Shown: piece by piece, positions 50,943 through 63,815 of the stretch
Layout of the letters: the number at the start of each line of letters is the position of its first letter
How positions within the stretch are numbered: position 1 is the first letter of the stretch
Assembly: GCF_001194135.2 (NCBI RefSeq)
Contig: NC_068991.1
Coordinates: 72,168,400-72,232,399, forward strand
Origin: Octopus bimaculoides
Lineage: Eukaryota
Direction: 5' to 3'
DNA length: 64,000 nt
The notes under the pieces: generated by a model
Told to the model about the DNA's origin: nothing
What the model saw: the letters and a program-made list of their open reading frames with translations, nothing else
Databases searched by the model: none
Translations under genes and position numbers: made by a program

Positions 50943-51242
50943 GGCTGTGTGGTAAGTAGCTTGCTTACGAATCACATGGTGCCGGGCTCAGTCCCACTGC
51001 GTGGCACCTTGGGCAAATGTCTTCTACTATAGCCTTGGGCCGACCAAAGCCTTGTGAGTGGATTTGGTAGACGGAAACTGAAAGAAGCCCGTCATATATA
51101 TGTATATATATATGTGTGTGTGTGTATATGTTTGTGTGTGTGCGTATGTCCCCCCCCCCCCAACATCGCTTGACAACCAATGCTGGTGTGTTTATGTCCC
51201 CATAACTTAGCGGTTCAGCAAAAGAGACCGATAGAATAAGTT
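50943..51242 (+). mobile_element. SINE A lacking the distal tail
   Basis: Match to other A copies. Confidence 0.9.
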
Positions 51243-51419
51243 CTCATGTATTTCATTCTATATTTTTATGCGTGTGTGTGTGTGTTTAGTGTGCTTGTAC
51301 ACCCTAATTTTTTTTTTATTGTATAGTATTATACTATGTATTTTTTTTTTATTGTATAATATTATACTGTGCTTCAATCAAATAAATTATTAGTGTAAAT
51401 AAATACATCTTTATTACTA

Positions 51420-51628
51420 TAATTGTTGTTGTTGTTATTATTACCATCATCATCACCACTATCATCATCATCTTCCTCATCATTATCATCGTCATCATCA
51501 CCATCAACATCATCCTTGTTTTCCGTTACTTTTCCAGGCTAACACAGACTGGACTGAAGAACTTAACAGGTTTTTTTTTTCCTTTATGCAACTCCTTATT
51601 TTTTTGTGTTTCCTTACACCCTATTTTC

Positions 51629-51667
<39 letters not shown>

Positions 51668-51740
51668 GGTGGTGGTGGTAGTAGTAGTAGTAGTAGTTGC
51701 TGTTGTTGTTGTTGTTGTTGTTGTTGTTGTCGTTGTTAGT
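51420..51740. repeat. (CAT)n and (TAG)(TGG)(TTG)n microsatellites
   Basis: Direct. Confidence 0.85.
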
Positions 51741-51984
51741 CCTTGTTGACCTTACATTGTTCCCTAGCTATCATTAGCGGAAAGCCTTGTGATTAATTTT
51801 TCCACTCAGTTAACATCATCCTTTCTTATCACATGCCTAACCCTAACACAATAATTGCCCTCAAATACACCAGCCAGCCAACTGACTGACCGGCCAACCA
51901 ACCAACTAACCAACGAACAAATGAACGAACAGTTTGTCTAATGAAGAACAAGGGGAGACAAAAAGAAGTCAAGAAAAAATATTA

Positions 51985-52202
51985 CTTTCAAATTTTGGCA
52001 CAATGCCAGCAACTTCGGGAGAGGGGTGTAAGGCGTTTACACTGACCCCAATATTCAATTGGTACTTATTTTATTGACCCCCCCAAAATGATGAAACGCA
52101 AAATCTACCTCAGCAGATTTGAGCTCAGAACGTGAAGACAGATGAAATGCTGCTAAGCATTGTGTCCAGCATGCTAACTCTTCTGCCTGCTCACCGCCTT
52201 AA
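51985..52202 (-). mobile_element. SINE family D
   Basis: Match to other D copies. Confidence 0.8.
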
Positions 52203-52411
52203 GTGAAAATGAAATATCAAAAAATGATAATGATTATAAATTTCAGCAAGCTCTAACCTAAACTGATAATGGAATCAAACAAGGGATCTCCCATGCCAAT
52301 GGTTCCCCAAACCATTTTTAAAAAATTCTTTTTGCTTTTCTTAATTGTTTCACACTTTATAACAAATAAGATTTTATGGCATACTTTGAGCAGAAAATCA
52401 AACACTGTAAT

Positions 52412-52450
<39 letters not shown>

Positions 52451-53040
52451 CACAGGCTAACAAAAGAAATTTTTTTCTTTGTTGTCAAAAAATTTGGACC
52501 TGAGCTACGGGCTTTTTTAATGCACAGAATCTAAAAATGGCATCCATTTAGTACCATTACGTTAAGACTTTAAGATTCTAGATCCAGAAAATTACATTTT
52601 TTTTTTTGTCAATAAAACAGCTTATGTGAACAGAAACTGGGTTTTCTTCAAAACCAGAATGTCTTAAAATTCTTCTGAAAATTTCTGCAGACAAATTTCA
52701 TCATTGTATATACCTAATTTCTCATGAATTTGCCTTTAGATATATATTCTTGAGCACTGAACCTCAGAAAGATCATAAGCCAAGTTCCAGCAATAGCTGT
52801 CTGCTTTGATATATTTGTTCCATTGATTTTATGTCCTGAAGGAAGCATTCTCCCTGCTCATCACTTCTGTCTCCAAGATTTTCAGGGAATTTATCAAGGT
52901 GACTGCGGGGATAGTGCCGATTAATGCTCATATTTGCTCCCAACTTTTGAAGGTTCTCCAGCATGTTGTTGACTATTTCAGTAGGGTTGGCTGCTATTTT
53001 GTTCCCCAGAAAGCAATTAACATCCATTACAAGTGAATTC
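52451..53040 (-). mobile_element. Chapaev3-like DNA transposon 3' end
   Basis: FLGNKIAANPTEIVNNMLENLQKLGANMSIN.HY..SHLDKFPENLGDRSDEQGECFLQDIKSMEQIYQ resembles the Chapaev3 HSHLDFFPxNLGxVSDEQGERFHQDI motif; terminus ...ttttgttagcctgtg. Family assignment is from memory. Confidence 0.7.
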
Positions 53041-53334
53041 CATGATGCTGCTTCAATGGAAGTGGTGTTGGTAGCTGAGGCGGTCAGGATGACGGTGAGA
53101 GTAAGTGATGTGAAAGACAGTAGTGATGGTAGTGGAGGGGAAGGCAGTAAAGTCAAAGGTATTGATGGTGGTGGCATCAGAAGTCTGAATGGTGTGTGTA
53201 TGGCAGATGTGGTGGCGATGGTGGTGGTACTGTTGTTTATCATGCAGTTTTGCAATAAGTTCCAAGTCAACAAATTATATCATGGTTTTAATGAAAATTG
53301 TTCATTGCTTGAAAGATATTGTTCAAGTTTACTC

Positions 53335-53726
53335 TTTTACTCTTTTACTTGTTTCAGTCATTTGACTGTAGCCATGCTGGAGCACTGCCTTTAGTCGAGC
53401 AAATTGACCCCAGGACTTATTCCTTGGAAGCCTAGTACTTATTCTATCGGTCTCTTTGCTGAACCGCTAATTTACGGGGATGTAAAAACACCAGCATCGG
53501 TTGTCAAGCGATGTTGGGGGGACAAACATATACACATACATACATATATATACATATATACGACGGGCTTCTTTCAGTTTCCGTCTACCAAATCCACTCA
53601 CAAGGCTTTGGTCGAGCCGAGGCTATAGTAGAAGACACTTGCCCAAGGTGTCACACAGTGGGACTGAACCCGGAACCATGTGGTTGGTAAGCAAGCTACT
53701 TACCACACAGCCACTCCTACGCCTAT
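53335..53726 (-). mobile_element. SINE family A, young full-length copy
   Basis: High match; (aagagta)n tail. Confidence 0.92.
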
Positions 53727-54720
53727 TTTAATAAAATTTAATAAAGTTTAATAAAATTTAATATGTACTCAATGCCTGAAGTGTCATTGTTGGGCCAAAG
53801 GCCTAATGAAGAGCCCTCCACAGGAGCTAGCTTTTAAGCTAGTACATAGTACCATGTGGTTGGGTGTTGTACCATGTGGTTGGGTGTTGTACCATGTGGG
53901 TGGGAAGCAAGCTTCTTACCACACAGCCACACCTACGCCTGTATATATATATGTTTTATCCTTTACTCATTTCAGTCACTGGACTGCAGCCATGCTAGGA
54001 CAATACCTTGAAGGGTTCGGTTGAATAAATCAACCCCAGGGTCTGTCAGAATCTGTCGGAGTGTCTGTGAATGACCTTCTTCCGGTGACATGCTAATCAC
54101 CCATAACTGGGACCTTGACAGATGCTACTAATCCAGGTCAGAATAAACCTGGAAACAATAGTGACTAAGATATATATTTTACCTTGCAGGGTACAAGGTT
54201 AATTTTATATAAGTACATTGCTATGATTAGTATTAATTAAAACTCCAAAATCCAATTATTTCTCTCTCTCTCTTTTAAACTAAGATTAATTACATCAAGT
54301 CAATAAGTCAACTCCCTAACTAAATCTTACAGATTTACTAATTAAGAAATATTGACACAAACAACACAAACCCCAAAAGCCTAGGAAGCTGCTTTGTACA
54401 TGGTTGTCCAGTCTGTTACATACTGCACCTGAAAAAACGTGACGGTCATGGTTGGAATGCCTTTTGACCATAGGTCTGGCTGATCAAAGGTTTGGTTGAT
54501 CATAGGTTTGGTTGACATGGGTTAAACAACAACAATTTGTCTTTTCATTCAAGCGTAAATAATCTCCTTCTATCCATAAGTACATAATAGCTCTAGCTTG
54601 ATTAAAAACAAAGAATCAAAATGTGTCATGCTTGAATGAGACCTGCACCACTATGATGAGACATAAGTAGAAAAACAAAAATCATTTTAAATCCGTTTTA
54701 TTTAATAATTTAATTATAAT

Positions 54721-54946
54721 AGCCATCTATGTATCATACTTAATATACACTATCAGCAGGCAAGATGCTGCGATTTTTGTCTAAGATAAAATATTGTTAG
54801 CTGCTGATCCTGGGACGACTTTTTATCAGACGATACTGTTGGATTTTTTTACACAGCACATCTATAAGAGACTTTATCTCAGATGAAAACTGCTGTATCT
54901 TGCCTGTATGTAGTGTATATATGTTAAGTATACTATGTAGATGGCT
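54721..54946. mobile_element. Fold-back element / MITE with ~72-bp imperfect inverted arms
   Basis: agccatcta...atacttaa..tatacacta...caggcaagat...tct.agataaa is mirrored at 54871-54946; AAT on both flanks. Confidence 0.75.
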
Positions 54947-56149
54947 AATTTAATCTAATGCTGCTTCAATTGTGTACACTGAGTTTTTATTCAGCCCTGC
55001 AGCTGTTTGCAATATCAGTGTATGTATTATTTACTGTTTCCTACATATTGGAGGTGATAAATTTCGTTTAGGCAAGTGACTGTGAATACATATCATTGAC
55101 AAAGCTCAAGAATGCTGAAATGCACCTGGTGGTCTTATCTGTTGCCAGGATGATTATTTCTTTCCTCTGATATACAAGGTGCATTGAAAACGTATCCAAC
55201 TTTATTTTTACTTGCCAAACTGATGCTGTGTGGGTGAAGTCCTTTGGGTGGTAGGTGACTTTAATCCTACGAATTTCAGCTTGTGTACACTGAATTTAAT
55301 TTATTTACGTATTTCGTATTGAAATATATGAACTATTGTGTCATCGGTAAGAGGATTTTAATTAGGCAATCAATGATTTATCCCATTTCGGATTCCACAA
55401 AAACCAAGGGTGTGTCTATATCGATATCAGGAACTTTATTCATAACACAGTTTTTTCTTTTTTTTTTCTTCTTAGTTTTCTTCTTGATATTTATATCCTA
55501 CACTGATATGAACCAGCCAAGAAAAATTTCACAACCCTCCCCCATCCCACCACCACCAACCCACACATACACTCCCCCCCACTGCTCCCACCTCCCACCT
55601 CCCACACACACTGCCCCCACCTCCCACAAACATGCATCGTGTGTTCTCACATACTTTCTGTTTGCCAAAATTCCACTTGCAAAACATTAGTCGGCCCATG
55701 GTTATCACAGAAGACACTTGTTCAAAGTGCAATGAGATAAAATTGAACACAGAGCCACATGGTAACAAAGTAAATTTCTTAACCACACAGCTATGTAGCC
55801 TTTATTTAAAATGATAGGGTATGATTTATTAGTTTTGACTGCTATTTTCAGCAGACTGCGGTCTTGTGTATCTGCTCCCCGAATAAAAAAATTGTTTACC
55901 AATGAACAATTTGCCCTCTTCTTTTTCCTCTCCCTCCTATACTTATCCACTTCTCCCTCCTTCTCCTATTTTATGTGTTCTATTTCAAATCTTCAGAGTA
56001 GGTGGCTGAAGTAGCAGGTAAGTTAGTTCAATGATCACCTTCAGAGATGGTGTAAATTTTTATTTAATTGGGGAGAATGATACAACAAAGGCTTTTAAGG
56101 ATATATTAGGCAACTGAAGATGGGACGTATATGTTTGCTGTTGTATATT

Positions 56150-56830
56150 TTATTCTTTTCTTTTATTCTTTGATTGGTTTCAGTCATTTGACGTAAACAC
56201 ACCAACATCGGTTGTCAAGTGATGGTGGAGGACAAACACAGACACACAAACATATATACATATACTAGACTACTTGTGACCAGTTGGGTCACCAGGAAAG
56301 TCTGATTTCCCAGCAACAGAGTTTTGTTTCGTGGAAACGAAACTCGGCTTGCGAAGACCTATTTGGACAAGCGAAAGCGAAACTGTCATGGCACCTGTGC
56401 CCAGCATCGCCTTCCTGGCACTTGTGCCAGATGGCACATGTAAAGACATTCGAGCAAGATCGTTGCCAGTACCGCCTGACTGGCCTTTGTGCGGGTGGCA
56501 CGTAAAAGTACCCACTACACTCTCGGAGTGGTTGGTGTTAGGAATGGCATCCAGCTGTAGAAACTCTGCCAATTCAGATTGGAGCCTGGTGTAGCCATCT
56601 GGTTCACCAGTCCTCAGTCAAATCGTCCAACCCATGCTAGCATGGAAAGTGGACGTTAAACGATGATGATGATGATACATACATACATAAATACATACCT
56701 ACATACATAAATACATACCTACATACATACATACATGCTATAGTAGAAGACACTTGCCCAAGGTGCCACGCAGTGGGAATGAACCCAGAACCATGTGGTT
56801 GGTAAGCAAGCTACTTACCACACAGCCACA
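56150..56830 (-). mobile_element. SINE A interrupted by a long family B copy (+, about 56275-56680)
   Basis: A 3' body, then B with an extended 5' region, then (TACA)n, then A head. Confidence 0.8.
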
Positions 56831-56843
56831 TATATATATATTA

Positions 56844-57480
56844 CAAGGGGGTACCCAAAAGTAATTGGAAACGTACTCTGTGGGACAAGCCCATTATGGT
56901 TTGGTCTTCCACTGCTAGAGGCCACTTGGTGCAATCTTCAGGTATCAGTCTGCTGACTGGCGGCATCTGGTGGAGTCATGTGGTGCACCTTTGTTTTGGA
57001 GTGCTTCTCCCCTGTTTGCCGATTTTTGTGATGGCTGAAATGAAGAGACTGCATTCTCCTGTGAAATTCTGTTTTCTGCTGGAGAAAATGGCAGCTGAAA
57101 CAGTTCTCATGCTTCGAACAACTTACAAGGACGATGGCATGAGCAAAACACAAGTTTATGAGTGGTTTTTCACACTTTAGGAATGGTCACTTGTGACTTG
57201 AAAAACCAACCTCATTCAGGGCCACCATCGACCTCCCGAACAAATGAAAACATCACGAAAATTCATGAACTGATCTTGGAGGACTGTCTCTGAACAATTG
57301 ATAAACTTGTTGATATGACTGATGTGTCCTGGAGCTCCTCCCAATGAATTTTGAGTGAAGAATTGTGACTGAAAAAAGTTGCAGCAACATTTGTGGTTCA
57401 CCTGCTGACAGAAGATCAAAAGCAGTCACAACTGAATGTGTGTCGTGAACTGAAAGAAGTGTTGGAAGTTGGTCCAGTGT
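56844..57480 (+). mobile_element. Mariner transposon 5' half, pseudogenised
   Basis: ta|caagggggtacccaaaagtaa terminus; MAEMKRLHSPVKFCFLLEKMAAETVLMLRTTYKDDGMSKTQVYEWF...QPHSGPPSTSRTNENI...VAATFVVHLLTEDQK. Confidence 0.9.
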
Positions 57481-58674
57481 AAGCTACAGTGAAACTTTCT
57501 CTAGTGAAATCACAATGGGGCCCTTATTTTCTTGCCCAAAAGGCAGAGAAAGCTGACAAAATACTGGCTGCTTTCTTAAACCAAAAGTAATGGAAATGTC
57601 CAGCATCCTGGCTCCTCAAACCACCTCCTTTCTTCATCAGTTGGGTCAGGTTGCCATGCACAGAAATGACTGCCAAGCCACCATGCAGAATGGCTATTTT
57701 AACAAAACTCTCTCTCCCTTGTTCTCTCCCCCCTCTCTCTCTCTCTCTCTCTAACTCTCTCTNNNNNNNNNNNNNNNNNNNNNNNNNNNNNNNNNNNNNN
57801 NNNNNNNNNNNNNNNNNNNNNNNNNNNNNNNNNNNNNNNNNNNNNNNNNNNNNNNNNNNNNNNNNNNNNNNNNNNNNNNNNNNNNNNNNNNNNNNNNNNN
57901 NNNNNNNNNNNNNNNNNNNNNNNNNNNNNNNNNNNNNNNNNNNNNNNNNNNNNNNNNNNNNNNNNNNNNNNNNNNNNNNNNNNNNNNNNNNNNNNNNNNN
58001 NNNNNNNNNNNNNNNNNNNNNNNNNNNNNNNNNNNNNNNNNNNNNNNNNNNNNNNNNNNNNNNNNNNNNNNNNNNNNNNNNNNNNNNNNNNNNNNNNNNN
58101 NNNNNNNNNNNNNNNNNNNNNNNNNNNNNNNNNNNNNNNNNNNNNNNNNNNNNNNCACACACACACACACACGCCCCCCCACCCACACCCACACACAGCT
58201 CATTGGTTTGATGCATTCACCCATTTTTCATTTCGTCCACTTGGACTGCTGCAAGATAATTAATTGTATGACTTGCCATTATATATTTCTCAAAAGTATT
58301 TTCCAATTTGTCGAACTAACAACCAAAAAACCAAAAAACCAAAAAACAAAGATATCGATTAATGCTTTTAAAATTATCCATAATACCTTTTAACCAAACG
58401 ATTTTAAAAAAGGATAAAGAAGATATTGCATTCCTATAGATTATAATAGTTTAGATCAAGTTAATACCTCATAAGCCTAGGTCAAGGTTAATCCGGCTTT
58501 GTGGGGAAATAATCTTGATCCCTGAGAAGATTAGAGTATATATGTTTATAGAGAAGTCATCAATCCTATGTTAGAAATAGATTCCAGAGTAATGACTGCA
58601 GGTTCAATTTGGATATAAAGCAGGCAGACAGGCAGATGATAATGTTGGTTGGGATTTCATCTTGACCAACCGGA

Positions 58675-58835
58675 ATTTCTCTCTCTCTCTCCCTCTCTCT
58701 CTCTCCCTCTCTCCCTCTCTCTTTCTCTCCCTCTCTCTCTCCCTCTCNNNNNNNNNNTCTCTCCCTCTCTCCCTCTCTCTTTCTCTCCCTCTCTCTCTCC
58801 CTCTCTCCCTCTCTCTTTCTCTCCCTCCTTCCCTC
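58675..58835. repeat. (CT)n-rich polypyrimidine tract
   Basis: Direct. Confidence 0.9.
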
Positions 58836-59319
58836 TCACAGGAAATTCTTGAAATAAGAATAGGATTATTTTATAGTCATTAATGTCACTGGAACCATTT
58901 GTACTGTGAACAATAGTATTCACTTGGACATCATGCACACCTACATACATACATACATACATACATACACATACACACATGTATGTAAGTGTGTGTGTGT
59001 GTGTGTGTGTGTATTTGCGTGTGTGCATGTTTATGGCATCAGTTTGTATATATATATATATATATATATATATGCTACTATGCTACTATTGTTGGTACAC
59101 ACAGACACATGTACACACACACACACACATACACACACGCAAACAGATTTCTAAGTGGACAAATATGAGTGTGTATGTATATACATATATGTGTGTATGT
59201 GTGTGTGTACACATATATACTTATAAGTATATATGTCCATATATGTATGCATGTATGTATGTATGTAGGCATGCATTTATGTATGTATGTATGCATCTAT
59301 GTATTTGTGTGTGTGTATA

Positions 59320-59815
59320 TCATCATCATCATCATCATCGTCGTCGTTTAACGTCCGCTTTCCATGCTAGCATGGGTTGGACGATTTGACTAAGGACTGG
59401 GGAAACCAGATGGCTGCACCAGGCTCCAATCTGATTTGGCAGAGTTTCTACAGCTGGATGCCCTTCCTAACGCCAACCACTCAGAGAGTGTAGTGGGTGC
59501 TTTTACGTGTCACCCGCACGAAGGCCAGTCAGGCGGTACTGGCAACGGCCACGCTCAAAATGGTGTATTTTATGTGCCACCCGCACAAGAGCCAGTCCAG
59601 GGGCACTGGCAACGGCCACACTCAAAATGGTGTATTTTATGTGCCACCCGCACAAGAGCTAGTCCAGGGGCACTGGCGACGATCTCACTCGAAAATCCTT
59701 ACACATGTCACGGGCACAAGTGCCAGAAAGGTGACGCTGGGCACAGGTGCCATCCCGATTTCGCTTTCGCTTTCCCCAATACGTCTTCGCAAGCTGAGTT
59801 TCGTGTCCAATGAAG
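59320..59815 (-). mobile_element. Long family B copy with about 3 internal tandem units and an extended 5' region
   Basis: The unit ggcaacggccac.ctcaaaatggtgtattttatgtgccacccgcacaagagccagtcc repeats; 5' part shared with 56330-56460. Confidence 0.9.
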
Positions 59816-60012
59816 GAGATGATGTTGAGCTTTTCATTTCTTGTGATAGGAAAAGAGGAAGGGTTAAACACACCTCTACATTTTGGCAAATGCACATTAG
59901 AAGCATTTGGAAGTGTGTGGATTGAAGGAAATTTAGGTTATTATTTCTAGCATATAGAGTGACCACATTGAAGTCTCCTCTTATATTGGCTGCTGATAAT
60001 TTTTCTTCTTAA

Positions 60013-60228
60013 CCCCTTTGTTACAATATTTCTGTTGAGATGCTCTGTTTCAGTTAATTTTAGATATAACAAAGAATTTAGTAAAATAACTTAGCTATCA
60101 TTAAACTGGTGTTAGGAACATAAATTTTGACTAAGGTTTGGTGGAAGATTTTTATTCAGAACTTTTGGAAACCAGACATTTGTACTACAGAGCCAGAGCT
60201 GGTTTCAGCTGGGTTGGTATCGAAAGGG
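60013..60228. mobile_element. piggyBac-type MITE (216 bp)
   Basis: TTAA|cccctttgttac ... gtatcgaaaggg|TTAA; imperfect TIRs. Confidence 0.8.
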
Positions 60229-60454
60229 TTAAGAGTACCCATGAGCTTGATTATGTCAGCCACCTAAGAACAGGAATGGTCTCTCTGTTGGGTTTTCATG
60301 CAGTTTCTGTCAACCAGATTTCACTGACACAACTTTAGTTGACGGAAAGCTATGGAAGAACTCAGTTATCCATGGTGGTGCACTATTTGCTGGGATTGAA
60401 CCTGAAACCACATAGGTGTGAAGCAAACTTCTTAATCTTACAGCCATGCCTGCA

Positions 60455-60498
<44 letters not shown>

Positions 60499-60818
60499 TT
60501 TCTATTGTTCAAATAAATCCCGTTTTGCAGAGAATCAGATTAAAAAGTGAAATAAAATATAAAAAAAATAAATGTAATGGAAACAATAATAAAAAAAGGT
60601 AAGGAGAGATAGTAAGAGGTAGAATGAAAATAGTGGGAGTGGGAGTGAGATAGAGAGGAGAAGGGAGAGAGGCGAAGAGGAAGAGACTGACAGAAAAGAA
60701 ATAGATGGACAGACAGGTAAGTGGATAAAGAGGGATTAGCAAGCAGGCAAATTGGCAGAGAGACAAGACCAAAAGAAAAAAAAAATAAAGGAATAAAGAT
60801 AAATGCATTATATAAGAT

Positions 60819-60819
<1 letters not shown>

Positions 60820-60917
<98 letters not shown>

Positions 60918-60925
60918 TAGACAGA
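60820..60925. repeat. (GA)n(GACA)n microsatellite
   Basis: Direct. Confidence 0.95.
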
Positions 60926-61591
60926 GGAGATGGCCAGACAGACAGAAACTGGATTTAAAAATAAGATTGGGAATTTGAGGAAACATGGCAATCGAATTTA
61001 TCAGACAATCCAGAAATTGTTGCTTTGCCAATGCAGAAGCCAATGTGGGGGTCATTATGTTGTCATTCAACCCAGCTAGAAATAGCAGCCAAATCTCAAA
61101 TCACACCCTAGTCTCTTAGAAAAAAAAAGCCTATAGTGGTTACTGTAGACCAAGATAAAAGACGGGATAGTTAGAACCAGAATAACTGAAATATCATTGA
61201 TCTGATTGATTGGATTGTCTAGTGTTAAGGGATATCCTGCAAAACAAATGGGAAAGTCACTGTGTGGTTGCTTGGCATGCTAGAAATAGTGGTCAAATCT
61301 CATTCTCAAATCATATTCTACTGTGTTAAAAATGGAAAGAGCATGTTGAATAACTGAGTCCTAGATAATTATAAAAAGATGGGATGGTCTTGGCTTGAAT
61401 GTGTGTGATCATATATTCAATCTTTCATTGTTAACTTGGAACTAAGAACTTAGCTAGCTCTTTTAAGGAAATATTGACCAACACCACTGGTCAAGCAGTG
61501 TATGAAGGACAAAACAGACACAAAAACACACACATAGATTTGAATCATTAACCCCTACACATTATTTTTCTCTCTCCATTTTTTTCCTTCC

Positions 61592-61635
61592 AATCGTTTC
61601 TGACAAAGAGTGTGGGCTCGAAACATCACAAACTT
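61592..61635 (+). ncRNA. Decayed minimal hammerhead ribozyme motif in a short interspersed element (about 61545-61698)
   Basis: CTGACAA-A-GAG/tgtggg/CTC-GAAA-CATC. Two G>A changes at CpG sites restore CTGACGA...GAAACGTC. Confidence 0.45.
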
Positions 61636-62224
61636 TTCCTGGTAGATTCTTCACCTGTTTCCATCTTTTGTTTTCTGTAAATTTGAATTATATATATANN
61701 NNNNNNNNNNNNNNNNNNNNNNNNNNNNNNNNNNNNNNNNNNNNNNNNNNNNNNNNNNNNNNNNNNNNNNNNNNNNNNNNNNNNNNNNNNNNNNNNNNNN
61801 NNNNNNNNNNNNNNNNNNNNNNNNNNNNNNNNNNNNNNNNNNNNNNNNNNNNNNNNNNNNNNNNNNNNNNNNNNNNNNNNNNNNNNNNNNNNNNNNNNNN
61901 NNNNNNNNNNNNNNNNNNNNNNNNNNNNNNNNNNNNNNNNNNNNNNNNNNNNNNNNNNNNNNNNNNNNNNNNNNNNNNNNNNNNNNNNNNNNNNNNNNNN
62001 NNNNNNNNNNNNNNNNNNNNNNNNNNNNNNNNNNNNNNNNNNNNNNNNNNNNNNNNNNNNNNNNNNNNNNNNNNNNNNNNNNNNNNNNNNNNNNNNNNNN
62101 NNNNNNNNNNNNNNNNNNNNNNNNNNNNNNNNNNNNNNNNNNNNNNNNNNNNNNNNNNNNNNNNNNNNNNNNNNNNNNNNNNNNNNNNNNNNNNNNNNNN
62201 NNNNNNNNNNNNNNNNNNNNNNNN

Positions 62225-62264
<40 letters not shown>

Positions 62265-62268
<4 letters not shown>

Positions 62269-62555
62269 CATCATCATCGTTTAACGTCCGCTTTCCATGC
62301 TAGCATGGGTTGGACGATTTGACTAAGGACTGGTGAAACCAGATGGCTGCACCAGGCTCCAATCTGATTTGGCAGAGTTTCTACAGCTGGATGCCCTTCC
62401 TAACGCCAACCACTCCAAGAGTGTAGTGGGTGCTTTTATGTGCCACCGGCACGAAGGCCAGTCAGGCGGTACTGGCAACGGCCACACTCAAAATGGTGTA
62501 TTTTACGTGCCACCTGCACAGGAGCCAGTTTGGCAGCACTGGCAACGATCTCACT
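62265..62555 (-). mobile_element. SINE-like family B
   Basis: About 95% similar by eye to 59330-59600; adjacent to (TA)n. Confidence 0.92.
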
Positions 62556-62904
62556 CATATATTCATTTGTATACATAGTTTTAAGTCCAAAAGGACAGGC
62601 CTGACTTGTAGACATGTCAACTTCATTGCTACCATGATTATCATGATTATGATCCTCTCCAACCACGACCACAGGTATTTAATCTGTATAACCTGCTTGA
62701 TACTTGTGTAACAAAATAGGAATGTAAAACTAAAAAAAAAAATACACTACACAACAAAAGAAAACAAACAAACAGAAACCCATCACTAACTACAGGGTTT
62801 GTTACTGTTATCATTGTTGTTGTTGTTTAGCTACCCTTGATTGAGTTGACCTGTCATTCCAGACATGGCCATCCAGTCTATTACTGCTATTTTTTAAATC
62901 TGTT

Positions 62905-63270
62905 ATTTTTTACTTGTTTCGGTCATTGGATTGTGACTTTGGTGGGGAATCCCCTTAAAGGGTTCAGTGGGACATATTGACCCCTACACTTATTTCTAAG
63001 CCTGAGATTTATTCTATTGATTTCCTTTGCAAAACTGCTACATTACATGGATGTAAACAAACCAACACCAGTTGTCAACTGACAGAGGAGGAACAAACAC
63101 ACACAGACACACACACACACACAGACACACACACACACACACACACAGACACACACACACACGCACACACATGATCGGCTTCCACAGTTTCCATCTACCA
63201 AATTCATTCGCAGAGTACTGGTTGGCCTGGGGCTATAATAAAAGACTCTTGCCCAAGATGTTAGCCCTAG
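62905..63270 (-). mobile_element. SINE A, old degenerate copy
   Basis: Partial matches to A body and tail around a (CA)n run. Confidence 0.65.
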
Positions 63271-63744
63271 GTCAGTCATAAATCAGTGGACTTATGATCA
63301 AAGTGACCACAGACATTCCACCTATGACCATCTTGTTTTTTTTTATATATGTAACATATTTAGGACTACACTTTGCTGTTAAGACAATGTGTGTGTGTGT
63401 ATGTGTGTATATGCATGTGTATATATGTGCATGTTTATGTGTATGTCTGTCTGTGTATTTGTGTGCTTATGTGTCAGTGTGAGACTGTATGAGCATGTCT
63501 GTATATGTGGAGCGGGACGATTTGAGTTAGATATGCCTGCTGTTTCCAGCAAATCAAGCAGCCACGTAGAGACTTTCTCATATGGCTACTGCAAAATACG
63601 GGAAGGATGGAAGAAGCTTTAAATGCTGAGACTGTACTGTTGCCATGGAAACTATACAAATGCATCTAATATTAAAATGCATATCTGTGTCAAGAACTGC
63701 ATTGTTATTATACTTGCAGTAAAAGAAACTGTCCACTTGCATTA

Positions 63745-63815
63745 TAATGTGCAGCCACCCACTTGCACTTATTGTGTGCAGCCACCCACTTGCGCTTTTC
63801 ATATGCAGCTGCCCA
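63745..63815. repeat. ~24-bp tandem repeat (tgtgcagccacccacttgc) x2-3
   Basis: Direct. Confidence 0.8.

Noticed and set aside
55997-56017. 21-nt microexon with a strong polypyrimidine tract and CAG|GTAAGT
   Set aside because: Stop codons in all three frames; only a UTR or poison exon is possible, with no supporting evidence.
56300-56345. CTGA...GAAAC hammerhead-like spacing
   Set aside because: The core reads CTGATTT, not CTGANGA, and the topology does not fit.
59500-59700. CRISPR-like or satellite array
   Set aside because: Eukaryotic context; these are internal tandem units of family B with no unique spacers or cas genes.
59327-62555. Local segmental duplication between the two very similar B copies
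   Set aside because: Similarity stops at the element boundaries, which fits independent insertions of a young subfamily.
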